Part shown: positions 30,627 through 39,342 of the stretch, piece after piece | Position numbering within the stretch: the first letter of the stretch is position 1 | Layout: each line of letters starts with the position of its first letter | Translations under genes and position numbers: made by a program | The notes under the pieces: generated by a model | The model's database searches: none | Told to the model about the DNA's origin: nothing | What the model saw: the letters and a program-made list of their open reading frames with translations, nothing else | Virus record (IMG/VR): IMGVR_UViG_3300008450_000004 | Coordinates: 1 to 64,000 of that record | Reading direction: 5' to 3' (one strand) | Source: a virus | Length of the DNA stretch: 64,000 nucleotides

Positions 30627-30717
30627 AAAAAGATTTAAAAAATATGTTAAAAAAAGATATTCTTAAAAAATACAACATCAAAGATTATTCAACTCTAAAT
30701 AAAATACTGTCAAATCA

Positions 30718-30749
30718 TTTGGAAGGTCAAGACTAAAATCTTATATTTA
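30718..30749 (+). promoter_or_regulatory. Bacteroidota-type promoter
   Basis: TTTG-N20-TATATTTA. Confidence 0.65.
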
Positions 30750-30765
30750 AATAAATAAATAAGTT

Positions 30766-30966
30766 ATGGATAGATTAAACAAAAACGAAAAGCTAGCATT
30801 TTACAATGCTCGCAAACGCAATGGAGATGTTAAAAGATTAGCAGAAACCACAGAATTTACAACACGTTTTATTAACTATGTTATGCGTGGTGAAAGAAAT
30901 GTAAATGATACATTAGCAAACGCTATGTATAACATTTCTCGTAGACGTCAAATGGCTAATGCCTAA
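30766..30966 (+). CDS. small basic HTH-like DNA-binding protein
   Basis: GDVKRLAETTEFTTRFINYVMRGER resembles an HTH. Confidence 0.6.
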   Translation: MDRLNKNEKLAFYNARKRNGDVKRLAETTEFTTRFINYVMRGERNVNDTLANAMYNISRRRQMANA

Positions 30967-30976
30967 GTATTAACAT

Positions 30977-31008
30977 ACACCTCCTTCATTTTGAGGGAGG
31001 TGTTTTTT
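30977..31008 (+). terminator. intrinsic terminator
   Basis: ACACCTCCTTCA-TTT-TGAGGGAGGTGT plus T run. Confidence 0.8.
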
Positions 31009-31028
31009 ATTTAATTGTATAAAGAATT

Positions 31029-31553
31029 ATGAGAAAATATCAATCAACAAAAGTATTCGATGGTTTTAGTTGTATATTCCGTCAATGGAAAGCAGAAGGA
31101 ACGCATTGTAGATTCTTACATGGGTATGGAATATCATTTAAAGTGACATTTGAAGGTGAATTGGACGAACGTAACTGGGTTTGGGATTTTGGAGGTATGA
31201 AACGTGCTAAAGGTACTATTGACGGAATGAATCCTAAAGCCTGGATGGATGATATGTTTGATCACACTACTATTATAGCAGAAGATGATCCACATTTAGG
31301 AAATTTTATAAAGATGTGGAAAGATGGTATCATCCAACTTCGTATTATACCAGCAACAGGAGCAGAGCAATTTGCTAAATATATCTACGAAAAATTAAAT
31401 ACATTTGTTCAAGAAGAAACTAACGGACGTGTAAAAGTAGTACGAGTTAAATTTATGGAAAATAATAAAAACAGCTCAGTATATTACGAAGATAACTCTA
31501 AAATAAATAATACAAATCAAACAATTAATCACGAACAACATTACGGTTGTTAA
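31029..31553 (+). CDS. queD: 6-carboxy-5,6,7,8-tetrahydropterin synthase
   Basis: HCRFLHGY, WVWDFG, FDHT, TGAE and ENNKNS motifs. Confidence 0.9.
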   Translation: MRKYQSTKVFDGFSCIFRQWKAEGTHCRFLHGYGISFKVTFEGELDERNWVWDFGGMKRAKGTIDGMNPKAWMDDMFDHTTIIAEDDPHLGNFIKMWKDGIIQLRIIPATGAEQFAKYIYEKLNTFVQEETNGRVKVVRVKFMENNKNSSVYYEDNSKINNTNQTINHEQHYGC

Positions 31554-31563
31554 TAAAAAAATT
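31519..31563 (+). repeat. 45-bp direct repeat, copy 1
   Basis: AAACAATTAATCACGAACAACATTACGGTTGTTAATAAAAAAATT, identical to 31990-32034. Confidence 0.93.
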
Positions 31564-31797
31564 ATGGCCGATTTTAGTAAACAATGGTGTGAACAAAATG
31601 ATTTTGGTATGCCCGGAGATTTTGATATTTTAAAAGAAGCAGATGCCTTACAATCTAATTCATATGTTTCTATGATATGTGAAGGATATGGATTTAATGC
31701 AATTGGTAAAGATATTGAAAATAACATAATGTTAGCTTTTCATAATTGGCAAGACGGTACTACAAAATGGGTACCATATAATCAAATAGTAAAATGA
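31564..31797 (+). CDS. hypothetical protein
   Basis: MADFSKQW..DFDI..ICEGYG; lies between the direct repeats. Confidence 0.6.
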   Translation: MADFSKQWCEQNDFGMPGDFDILKEADALQSNSYVSMICEGYGFNAIGKDIENNIMLAFHNWQDGTTKWVPYNQIVK

Positions 31798-32024
31798 AAG
31801 GAATACTTAAAAATACAAAAGCGGGTTGGTTCGTATTGTATCAAGTAATGAGAGATGAACTAACATCAGGTTATGATTCTATTCCATTACATCCTGATAG
31901 TCAAACTTGGATGGATGGATATAATCTATATGAAGGTAAAGAAGTAGAATTTGAAGTAAGGGTTTATCCAAGTGGTTCTCGTTACGCTAAAACAATTAAT
32001 CACGAACAACATTACGGTTGTTAA
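31794..32024 (+). CDS. hypothetical protein
   Basis: 76 aa; its C-terminus TINHEQHYGC is identical to that of QueD. Confidence 0.6.
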   Translation: MKGILKNTKAGWFVLYQVMRDELTSGYDSIPLHPDSQTWMDGYNLYEGKEVEFEVRVYPSGSRYAKTINHEQHYGC

Positions 32025-32034
32025 TAAAAAAATT
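31990..32034 (+). repeat. 45-bp direct repeat, copy 2
   Basis: Identical to 31519-31563. Confidence 0.93.
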
Positions 32035-32062
32035 TATTATATATTTAAGTAAATAAAAAGTT

Positions 32063-32368
32063 ATGAACAAGATTAAAATAAAAAAATATATAGAGTATAT
32101 CCAAAGTGATAATCCAATAACTTGGAAAGATATTAAAGATTTTCAGTTTGAGGATGATGATATAATAGGTATCGGATATGAGGAAGGACATTATAGTGAA
32201 AGTAATTCGTGGGGTGGGTATTACTATTATTGCGTCGAACGAATGGTTGAAGAAACTGACGAAGAATATGAGGATAGAATGGAAAGAAAACGTTCTACCG
32301 AATCAATATTAAAAAAGAATAGATACGAACAATATCTTAAACTAAAAAAAGAATTCGAAATCGAATAA
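32063..32368 (+). CDS. hypothetical acidic protein
   Basis: ETDEEYEDR and YEQYLKLKKEFE motifs; AAGTTATG start context. Confidence 0.6.
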   Translation: MNKIKIKKYIEYIQSDNPITWKDIKDFQFEDDDIIGIGYEEGHYSESNSWGGYYYYCVERMVEETDEEYEDRMERKRSTESILKKNRYEQYLKLKKEFEIE

Positions 32369-32383
32369 AATAAATAAAAAGTT

Positions 32384-33217
32384 ATGAGTAAAATAGACCC
32401 AAATAAATTATTAATCTCCTCAGATTTTTACAGCATTCAAGGGGAGGGTATATCAACAGGAGTACCATCATATTTCGTAAGATTAGGAATATGTAATTTA
32501 ACCTGCGGTATGTCTCGTAAGTTTGCAAATCAATTAGCAAAAGATAAATCATTAGAAGATGGAGAGATATTCAAAGGTGATTTAGAGCTAGAAGGTAAAG
32601 CAACTTGGACTTGCGATTCAACATCACAATGGTTATGGAGAGGTGAAGATAAAGACTTCCAATACCTAATTGATAGATGGAAAGAGCAAGGTATCTATGA
32701 AGATATATTAAATGGTACTATCCACATTATTTGGACTGGTGGTGAACCTACTATTAAACAACATCAGGAAGCTATTGCTAATTTCCATGAATATTGGAGT
32801 GAGCAAGATGCACCTATATTTAATTCTTATAGTGAAATTGAAACAAATGGTACTATAGTAATTGAAGATGATTTGTTTAGTATTATTAATCAAATTAACT
32901 GCTCACCAAAACTATCTAACTCAGGTATGACTGAGAAACAACGTATTAATCCAGATGCTATTAAACGTATTATGGAACATTCCAATTACCAATTTAAATT
33001 TGTTATTTCAACGGAAGAAGATGTACAGGAATTATTTAGAGACTTTATAGAACCCTTCAATATACCTCTTAAAAACGTAGTGTGTATGCCTGGTTTAGAT
33101 GATGCTGCTAACTTTGAAGAGCGTACTCAATTTGTATTGGAGATGGCTAAGAAATATAAGTTCCGTGGATTGACTCGTTTGCATATTGCAGCTTGGAATA
33201 AAACATTAAACGTATAA
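32384..33217 (+). CDS. queE: 7-carboxy-7-deazaguanine synthase (radical SAM)
   Basis: FYSIQGEG, RLGICNLTC..(insert)..WTCDS, TGGEP, IETNG, SPK and RLH motifs. Confidence 0.92.
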   Translation: MSKIDPNKLLISSDFYSIQGEGISTGVPSYFVRLGICNLTCGMSRKFANQLAKDKSLEDGEIFKGDLELEGKATWTCDSTSQWLWRGEDKDFQYLIDRWKEQGIYEDILNGTIHIIWTGGEPTIKQHQEAIANFHEYWSEQDAPIFNSYSEIETNGTIVIEDDLFSIINQINCSPKLSNSGMTEKQRINPDAIKRIMEHSNYQFKFVISTEEDVQELFRDFIEPFNIPLKNVVCMPGLDDAANFEERTQFVLEMAKKYKFRGLTRLHIAAWNKTLNV

Positions 33218-33220
33218 GTT

Positions 33221-33358
33221 ATGAAAATAAAAATTAAGCATAACGATACTTTAATTGAGATTGAAGAAGAAGGTAATCGATTTGTCTATCCAAATAGCGA
33301 TGCTATTATGAGAATAATAAAAGAGACTATTGCCGAAATTATAAAACTAAAACAATAA
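33221..33358 (+). CDS. small hypothetical protein (45 aa, not in ORF track)
   Basis: AAGTTATG start; MKIKIKHNDTLIEIEEEG...; fills the gap between genes. Confidence 0.5.
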   Translation: MKIKIKHNDTLIEIEEEGNRFVYPNSDAIMRIIKETIAEIIKLKQ

Positions 33359-33362
33359 AATA

Positions 33363-33821
33363 ATGCAAGAACTAAACAATTACTTAAATGTATTTCAAAT
33401 CATCATTGATGATTTAGTAGAATTATCACCATCAGCGAAAAATGTTAGATTAGGTGGTTCGTTAATCCTTAAATTACATGGATTAAATTTTTCAAGATCA
33501 ATAGGTGATCTAGATATTGTACTTACTAACCCAACAGAAAAACAAAAGGATTATTTAAAAGCTCTTCGATTTTTTGATTGCGAAAATGATGGAGCATATT
33601 TAAATGAAACAAACTATAAATTCAAAAAGAATGGATATATTTTGAATATATTAGTTGTTGATCCATATACATTACCTATCCCATCTACTTTCTATAGTCA
33701 CAATAATAAGTACTATGGTATTGTATCTATTAACGAAATTATAGATGCTAAAAAACGATATAAACGTACTAAAGATATTAGCGACTTTTTATTATTAAAA
33801 AATGAAAATTTTAACATGTAA
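33363..33821 (+). CDS. Pol-beta-superfamily nucleotidyltransferase-like protein
   Basis: LGGSLILKLHG..IGDLDI motif and C-terminal K..R.KD..D. Confidence 0.6.
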   Translation: MQELNNYLNVFQIIIDDLVELSPSAKNVRLGGSLILKLHGLNFSRSIGDLDIVLTNPTEKQKDYLKALRFFDCENDGAYLNETNYKFKKNGYILNILVVDPYTLPIPSTFYSHNNKYYGIVSINEIIDAKKRYKRTKDISDFLLLKNENFNM

Positions 33822-34336
33822 TGAAAATATTATATAACCAAGTACAAATTCAAGCTGCTGTAAATAAAGTAGCAGCGGAGATCTATAGAAAACATTATAA
33901 CGATCCTAGCCCACCAGTAATGATCTGTGTGTTAAATGGAGCGTTTATGTTCTTTACTGACTTAGTAAAACATATAAACATAGATTGTGAAATAGATTTT
34001 ATTCAAGCTAAATCATACCAAGGCCAAGAACAATTTACAGTTAATATTACTAAAGATATCACTACTGATATTACAGGAAAAAATGTATATGTGATAGATG
34101 ATATTTTAGACTCAGGTAACACATTAACTAAATTAATAGATCACTTAGGAAAATACCATAAACCTCGTTCTATTACTCCTGTAGTACTATTCAAAAAACA
34201 CACAAGTCAGTGGCCTGTATTACATGGTATAGAATTAACGGATGAAGCTTGGCTATGTGGTTATGGATTAGATGGTGAAAAAGGACTTTATAGAAATCGT
34301 TCTGTAATATTTGGAAAGTCAGAAGAAATAGATTAA
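33821..34336 (+). CDS. hpt: hypoxanthine-guanine phosphoribosyltransferase
   Basis: VLNGAFMFFTDL, SY, VIDDILDSGNTL, GYGLD and YRN motifs. Confidence 0.9.
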   Translation: MKILYNQVQIQAAVNKVAAEIYRKHYNDPSPPVMICVLNGAFMFFTDLVKHINIDCEIDFIQAKSYQGQEQFTVNITKDITTDITGKNVYVIDDILDSGNTLTKLIDHLGKYHKPRSITPVVLFKKHTSQWPVLHGIELTDEAWLCGYGLDGEKGLYRNRSVIFGKSEEID

Positions 34337-34345
34337 ATTTAAAGT

Positions 34346-34981
34346 ATGGAAAAAATAAAAAAATCGAATGGTAATTTACCTCGTACATCTGAGGAAATTG
34401 AAAATATGATAACAGAAGCTACTATTCATTATGGTAAGTTCTTAGAAGCCTTAGGTTTTGATTATCAAGCTGATCCTCAAACAATTGATACTCCTAAAAG
34501 GGTCTCAAAAGCTTGGTTAAAAGACTTAATTATAGGGTCAGTATCTAACGAACCTAATATTACTACCTTTCCTAATGAAGATAACTATGATGGTTTAGTA
34601 GTACAAGGTGGTATTCCCGTTACATCAATGTGTGCTCACCATAATTTAGCATTTACAGGTTATGCTACAGTAGCATATTTACCTGGTAAACAAGTAGTAG
34701 GTTTAAGTAAATTAAATCGTATTGTAGAATGGTTTTCTCGTAGACCGCAAATGCAAGAATCATTAACTCAACAAATCCATGATTATATAGCAAACAAATT
34801 AGATTGTCATTCGGTAGCTGTAAGTATCGCTTGTAAACATACTTGTTGCTCACATAGAGGAATTAAACATCCATCTGTAATGACTACTAATAAGTTCTCA
34901 GGAGCCTTTATGGAAAAAGATAATTTAATTCGCGAAGAATTCCTCCACGCTATAGAAAAAAACGGAACTACATTAAAATAG
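34346..34981 (+). CDS. folE: GTP cyclohydrolase I
   Basis: DTPKRV, SMCAHH, GLSKLNR, RPQMQE and HTCCSHRG motifs. Confidence 0.95.
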   Translation: MEKIKKSNGNLPRTSEEIENMITEATIHYGKFLEALGFDYQADPQTIDTPKRVSKAWLKDLIIGSVSNEPNITTFPNEDNYDGLVVQGGIPVTSMCAHHNLAFTGYATVAYLPGKQVVGLSKLNRIVEWFSRRPQMQESLTQQIHDYIANKLDCHSVAVSIACKHTCCSHRGIKHPSVMTTNKFSGAFMEKDNLIREEFLHAIEKNGTTLK

Positions 34982-34985
34982 TAAT

Positions 34986-35156
34986 ATGCAACCAAAAGAA
35001 TCAAAAACAAACAAACACTTTGTAACTAGTATAGCTAAATCTATAATAAGAATTATGGGTTACATTGCATTGATGCATGTTAATAATACATGGATTATAA
35101 CATCAGCAATAATATTAACAACAGCAGAAATATTAGGGATTATTGAAGAATTGTAA
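34986..35156 (+). CDS. small membrane protein (56 aa, not in ORF track)
   Basis: MQPKESKTNKHF..KSIIRI..AEILGIIEEL. Confidence 0.55.
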   Translation: MQPKESKTNKHFVTSIAKSIIRIMGYIALMHVNNTWIITSAIILTTAEILGIIEEL

Positions 35157-35177
35157 AATAGTAAAATAAATAAAATT

Positions 35178-35681
35178 ATGCTTAATTCATCTCAAATTAT
35201 AGACGAAGGTCTATTAAAATTAGAACACACTAAAGGAAAGCCAAGTCAAGTTGGTTATGATCTTTCAATTAAATCAGTACAACAAGTAGTATCTAATACT
35301 AAAATGGGATTTATCTTAAAAGATAAAACTATATTAGCCCATTACGAACCTCTACAACCTACTAAGTTAGACGGTTATAATGGTTGGATATTATATCCAG
35401 GAGTATACGATATTACTTTTCATGAAGGATGCAAAATACCAGCAGATCGTACGGCTTTCATTAAACAACGCTCATCGTTGTATCGTAATGGTGCAATAAT
35501 TAACAGCCCAGTATTTGATCCGGGATTCGAAACACAACACATGGGTAGTTTAATGTATGTACATGAAACTGTATTTATTGAACAAGATGCGCGTGTAGCT
35601 CAAATATATTTCCACCCATCTACAACAACCGATAATTTATATAGCGGTCAATTTCAGTTTGACTCACAGCGTAGCCGCTAA
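35178..35681 (+). CDS. dCTP deaminase / trimeric dUTPase family protein
   Basis: GYDL, RSSLYRNG, DPGF, RVAQI and YSGQFQ motifs. Confidence 0.85.
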   Translation: MLNSSQIIDEGLLKLEHTKGKPSQVGYDLSIKSVQQVVSNTKMGFILKDKTILAHYEPLQPTKLDGYNGWILYPGVYDITFHEGCKIPADRTAFIKQRSSLYRNGAIINSPVFDPGFETQHMGSLMYVHETVFIEQDARVAQIYFHPSTTTDNLYSGQFQFDSQRSR

Positions 35682-35706
35682 ATAAATAAATCAATAATAT
35701 TACTAC

Positions 35707-35734
35707 AAACCCCTCAATTGAGGGGTTTTATTTT
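35707..35734 (+). terminator. intrinsic terminator (palindrome)
   Basis: AAACCCCTC-AATT-GAGGGGTTT followed by TATTTT. Confidence 0.8.
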
Positions 35735-35763
35735 ACATATTTATATGTAAATAATTATAAATA

Positions 35764-36639
35764 ATGGCATACCCTATAACACGACAGTTTGGTCCTAATG
35801 CAAAAGGTTCAGAATTAACATTCGCAGATATGGATAATAATTTATTATACCTAGATGCAAAAGCATCAGGTTCTAATAATTATATTGCTATGTTTAGCGG
35901 ATCTACACATCTTGTTACAAGTTCCCTAAATCAATTTGGTAATTATATTACAATTTCAGGATATGATTTAAAGATAGACAATGCTTCTCCTACAATATTT
36001 TTTTCTGATTCTTCTAATTCTTCTTTTATTAATATTAAGAGCGAAAGTGATTCCATTAATATAGTTAATAACAGTACTGGTTACACAGCAATGAGTATTA
36101 GTGCTAATGGAAATAATATTTACATTAATGATGATACTATAGTATCAGGTTCATTAACTGTAACAGGTTCATTATTACAATCAGGATCAACTACATTAAG
36201 GGGCAATAGTACAATAACAGGTTCATTAACTGTAACAGGTTCATTAAGAATAACAGGATCTATTACATCTACAGACTCATTAACTGTAACTGGATCCATT
36301 ACATCTACTGGTTTAATAGGATACGGAACAGGATCGACAGTAACTCAAACAACATCTACATCATCAGCCGTAAGTATAAATGCTGTTAGCGGAAGAATAA
36401 CTACATTGACAACTACATATGATGCAGGATCTATTTTTTATTTTACAGTAAATAATAACCAAGTTAATACAGATGATATAATAATATTAAATATTAAATC
36501 AGCTCCTAATAATGATTTTGAATGTAAAATATACTCAGTAAGTGGTAATCGATTTGATATTCGCGTAAAAAATGATGGTACTACTCAATCGGGAACTGTA
36601 GTTATTAGTTTTGCTGTTCTAAAAGGAGCTTCTTCTTAA
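35764..36639 (+). CDS. fibre/decoration-like virion protein
   Basis: N-terminal KGSELTFADMDNN resembles the start of ORF 25884; TGSL repeats; beta-rich C-terminus. Confidence 0.65.
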   Translation: MAYPITRQFGPNAKGSELTFADMDNNLLYLDAKASGSNNYIAMFSGSTHLVTSSLNQFGNYITISGYDLKIDNASPTIFFSDSSNSSFINIKSESDSINIVNNSTGYTAMSISANGNNIYINDDTIVSGSLTVTGSLLQSGSTTLRGNSTITGSLTVTGSLRITGSITSTDSLTVTGSITSTGLIGYGTGSTVTQTTSTSSAVSINAVSGRITTLTTTYDAGSIFYFTVNNNQVNTDDIIILNIKSAPNNDFECKIYSVSGNRFDIRVKNDGTTQSGTVVISFAVLKGASS

Positions 36640-36660
36640 TATAATAAACAAAAATAAATG

Positions 36661-36701
36661 AAAGAGAGGTTTGGTTGTCCAAGCCTCTTTTTTTATCTTT
36701 A
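36661..36701 (+). terminator. terminator hairpin fused with the polB promoter motif
   Basis: AAAGAGAGGTTTGG-TTGT-CCAAGCCTCTTT plus T run; TTTG(36670)-N20-TATCTTTA. Confidence 0.7.
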
Positions 36702-36705
36702 CAAA

Positions 36706-39288
36706 ATGTATCAATCCGCATATTACGATAGAACATCCTACACTTATTATTTAAAAGATGATGAGAGAGGATGGATAGATTTTAAATACACACCTGAACT
36801 TTATAAAATAGATCCTAGTGGTCCATTAGAAACATTAGATGGTAAAAGAGCATATGCTGTACAAAAATACGACTGGAAAGATACTTCACTATATGAAAAA
36901 GATGTAGATAAATTAACTCGAGTATTAATAGATCTATACAAAGATAGTGATGATGCTCCTAAATTCCATAATGTAGTTTATTTTGATATCGAGTGTGAAA
37001 TTGGAGGAGCACTAACACCAGAATACATCAAAACAGCTCCTAAAAAAATGACATCTGTATCAGTTTATGATCATACCACTAAACGTTACTATTGTTATAT
37101 ATTAGATGAAAAAAATCAACTAAAATTTACCGAAAACGAAAATAGAACCATAGTACCATTCACTACAGAAGCAGAAATGCTTCGTAAGTTTCTAGATTTA
37201 TGGGAGGAATTAGATCCTACTATCATCACAGGATGGAATAGTGGATCTTTTGATATTCCTTACATGTATTACAGAATATTAAATGTATTAGGTTACGATG
37301 AAGCCCAACGTTTATCTCCTCTACGTAAATTAAATTTTACTGAGTGGGATATTGCTCAACCAATAGAGCTAGGCGGTATTAATCATCTAGATTATATGTT
37401 ATTATTTAAAAAGTTCATTGTAAAACAAGAACCATCATATAAATTAGGTGATATAGGTACAAAATATGTTAAATTAGGTAAAGTTGAATATGAAGATAGT
37501 TTAGACCGTTTATTCCAGGATGATATTAATAAATTCATTGAGTATAACTTACGAGATGTTGAAATTATCATTGAATTAGAGAAAAAACTTAAATTTATTG
37601 ACTTAACAGTAGCTATCTGTCATTTATGCCATGTACCTTACGAGCAAATCTATTTATCAACAGTACTGAATGATGGAGCTATATTAACATATCTAAAACG
37701 ACAAGATATAGTTTCACCAAACAAACCAACTACAATAAATCCATCACTAAAAGATAGTACAGATGATGATTATGCAGGTGGTTATTTAAAGGATCCTATA
37801 CCAGGACTATATGAGTGGGTTATTGATCTCGATTTTACTTCGCTGTATCCGTCGATTATTCGTTCACTCAATATAGGTATTGAAACGCTCGTAGGACGCA
37901 TAGTAAACAACGATAAATACGATAATCAATGGACGTATGAAGAGTTGTTAAACATGAAACCTGATACTTTAGTCACTATTGAAAAATTAAAAGAAAATTT
38001 TACATTATCACGAGCACAAGTACCTGTAAGTAAAATTATTAAATTAATTGAAGATAATAAGTGGATAACAGCAGCTAGTGGAGCTATATTCAGAACAGAT
38101 AAATCATCAGTAGTATGTGAGGTATTAACAGACTGGTTTAATAAACGTAAACATTATAAAAAATTAATGTCTCAAGCATATAAAGCAGGAGATTCTAATT
38201 TAGGTGACCATTATCATCGATTACAACACGCTTATAAGATTAAATTGAATGACGTTTATGGTTGCTACGCTATTAATGGATGGCGCTATACAGATGGACA
38301 TAAGATGATTTCATCAGCAATCACACTAACTGGTCAACGACTTTTACAGGAAAGTATATCATATATGAATGAACATATAGATAAAATATTAAGTACAACC
38401 AATGTAGATAGGATTATAACTAGTGATACCGATTCTTTATTTATCCATGTAAAAGATATATTACTTGATAGAGGAGTAGATTTAACTAATAAAGAAGAAT
38501 GTATTAGAGTAACATTAGAAATTGCTACTGAATTACAAACTGCCGCTAATAATTTTATAGGTGAGTTTGCTATGAGATCATTTAATATACCTAATGATAG
38601 AACTCATTTCTTCGAATTAAAACAAGAAGTAGTAATCGAAAGAAGTTACCATTCAGGTAAACGTAGATATGCTATGTTAATTGTGAATAAGGAAGGAGTA
38701 CCTGTAGAGGAGTTAGTAATGATGGGATTAGATTTGATGAAGTCAAATATGCCACCACTATATAAAAAATTCGGACAAAATCTATTATCTGAAATAATGT
38801 CAGGTAAACCTAAAAATGAAATAGATACTAGTATAATAAACTTTAAATCATCTCTAAACAAACTACCTTGGTCAGATATTGCTAAACCAACAGGAGTAAA
38901 ACAAATTGGTTCATATATAGCTAAACGCCCTTCACCTGGAGAAATATTTAGTGAATTAAAATTAAAATGTCCTATTAATACTAAAGCGGCTGTATATTAT
39001 AATGACATTCTACGATTTAAACGATTAGATAAGCAATATTCTTGTTTTACTGAGGGTGATAAAATGAAATATGTTACTTTAAAACCTAATCCGTTTGAAA
39101 TAAATGTAATTGGATTTAATGGGAATGATCCTCAGTTCATCACGGATTTTATTGATAAATATGTTGATAGAGAAGATGCATTTAACTCAGTATTATTAAA
39201 TAAACTACAAGGTGTATATAATGATATAGGATGGGGTAGTGAATTCCCTGTATTAGATAAAATGATTTCAAAATTCTTTCGGTTTTAG
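36706..39288 (+). CDS. family B DNA polymerase (gp43-like)
   Basis: Exo FDIE, GWNSGSFD, YNLRD; motif A DFTSLYPS; KIKLNDVYG; SDTDS; KRRY. Start moved to 36706 because the upstream in-frame extension is the regulatory hairpin. Confidence 0.96.
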   Translation: MYQSAYYDRTSYTYYLKDDERGWIDFKYTPELYKIDPSGPLETLDGKRAYAVQKYDWKDTSLYEKDVDKLTRVLIDLYKDSDDAPKFHNVVYFDIECEIGGALTPEYIKTAPKKMTSVSVYDHTTKRYYCYILDEKNQLKFTENENRTIVPFTTEAEMLRKFLDLWEELDPTIITGWNSGSFDIPYMYYRILNVLGYDEAQRLSPLRKLNFTEWDIAQPIELGGINHLDYMLLFKKFIVKQEPSYKLGDIGTKYVKLGKVEYEDSLDRLFQDDINKFIEYNLRDVEIIIELEKKLKFIDLTVAICHLCHVPYEQIYLSTVLNDGAILTYLKRQDIVSPNKPTTINPSLKDSTDDDYAGGYLKDPIPGLYEWVIDLDFTSLYPSIIRSLNIGIETLVGRIVNNDKYDNQWTYEELLNMKPDTLVTIEKLKENFTLSRAQVPVSKIIKLIEDNKWITAASGAIFRTDKSSVVCEVLTDWFNKRKHYKKLMSQAYKAGDSNLGDHYHRLQHAYKIKLNDVYGCYAINGWRYTDGHKMISSAITLTGQRLLQESISYMNEHIDKILSTTNVDRIITSDTDSLFIHVKDILLDRGVDLTNKEECIRVTLEIATELQTAANNFIGEFAMRSFNIPNDRTHFFELKQEVVIERSYHSGKRRYAMLIVNKEGVPVEELVMMGLDLMKSNMPPLYKKFGQNLLSEIMSGKPKNEIDTSIINFKSSLNKLPWSDIAKPTGVKQIGSYIAKRPSPGEIFSELKLKCPINTKAAVYYNDILRFKRLDKQYSCFTEGDKMKYVTLKPNPFEINVIGFNGNDPQFITDFIDKYVDREDAFNSVLLNKLQGVYNDIGWGSEFPVLDKMISKFFRF

Positions 39289-39306
39289 TAACTACCTTAA
39301 AATCTA

Positions 39307-39338
39307 TTTGGTAAATCAAAATAAAAATTATATATTTA
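39307..39338 (+). promoter_or_regulatory. Bacteroidota-type promoter
   Basis: TTTG-N20-TATATTTA. Confidence 0.65.
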
Positions 39339-39342
39339 AGTT

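Noticed and set aside
27898-34981. Queuosine tRNA-modification auxiliary pathway
   Set aside because: No queF, queA or queG in the window and the transglycosylase lacks the Zn-binding motif of bacterial Tgt; DNA modification is more likely, though not proven
36658-36705. N-terminal extension of PolB (similarly 42686-42742, 46589-46651, 50339-50380)
   Set aside because: These overlap terminator or promoter motifs or upstream genes; the downstream Met fits better
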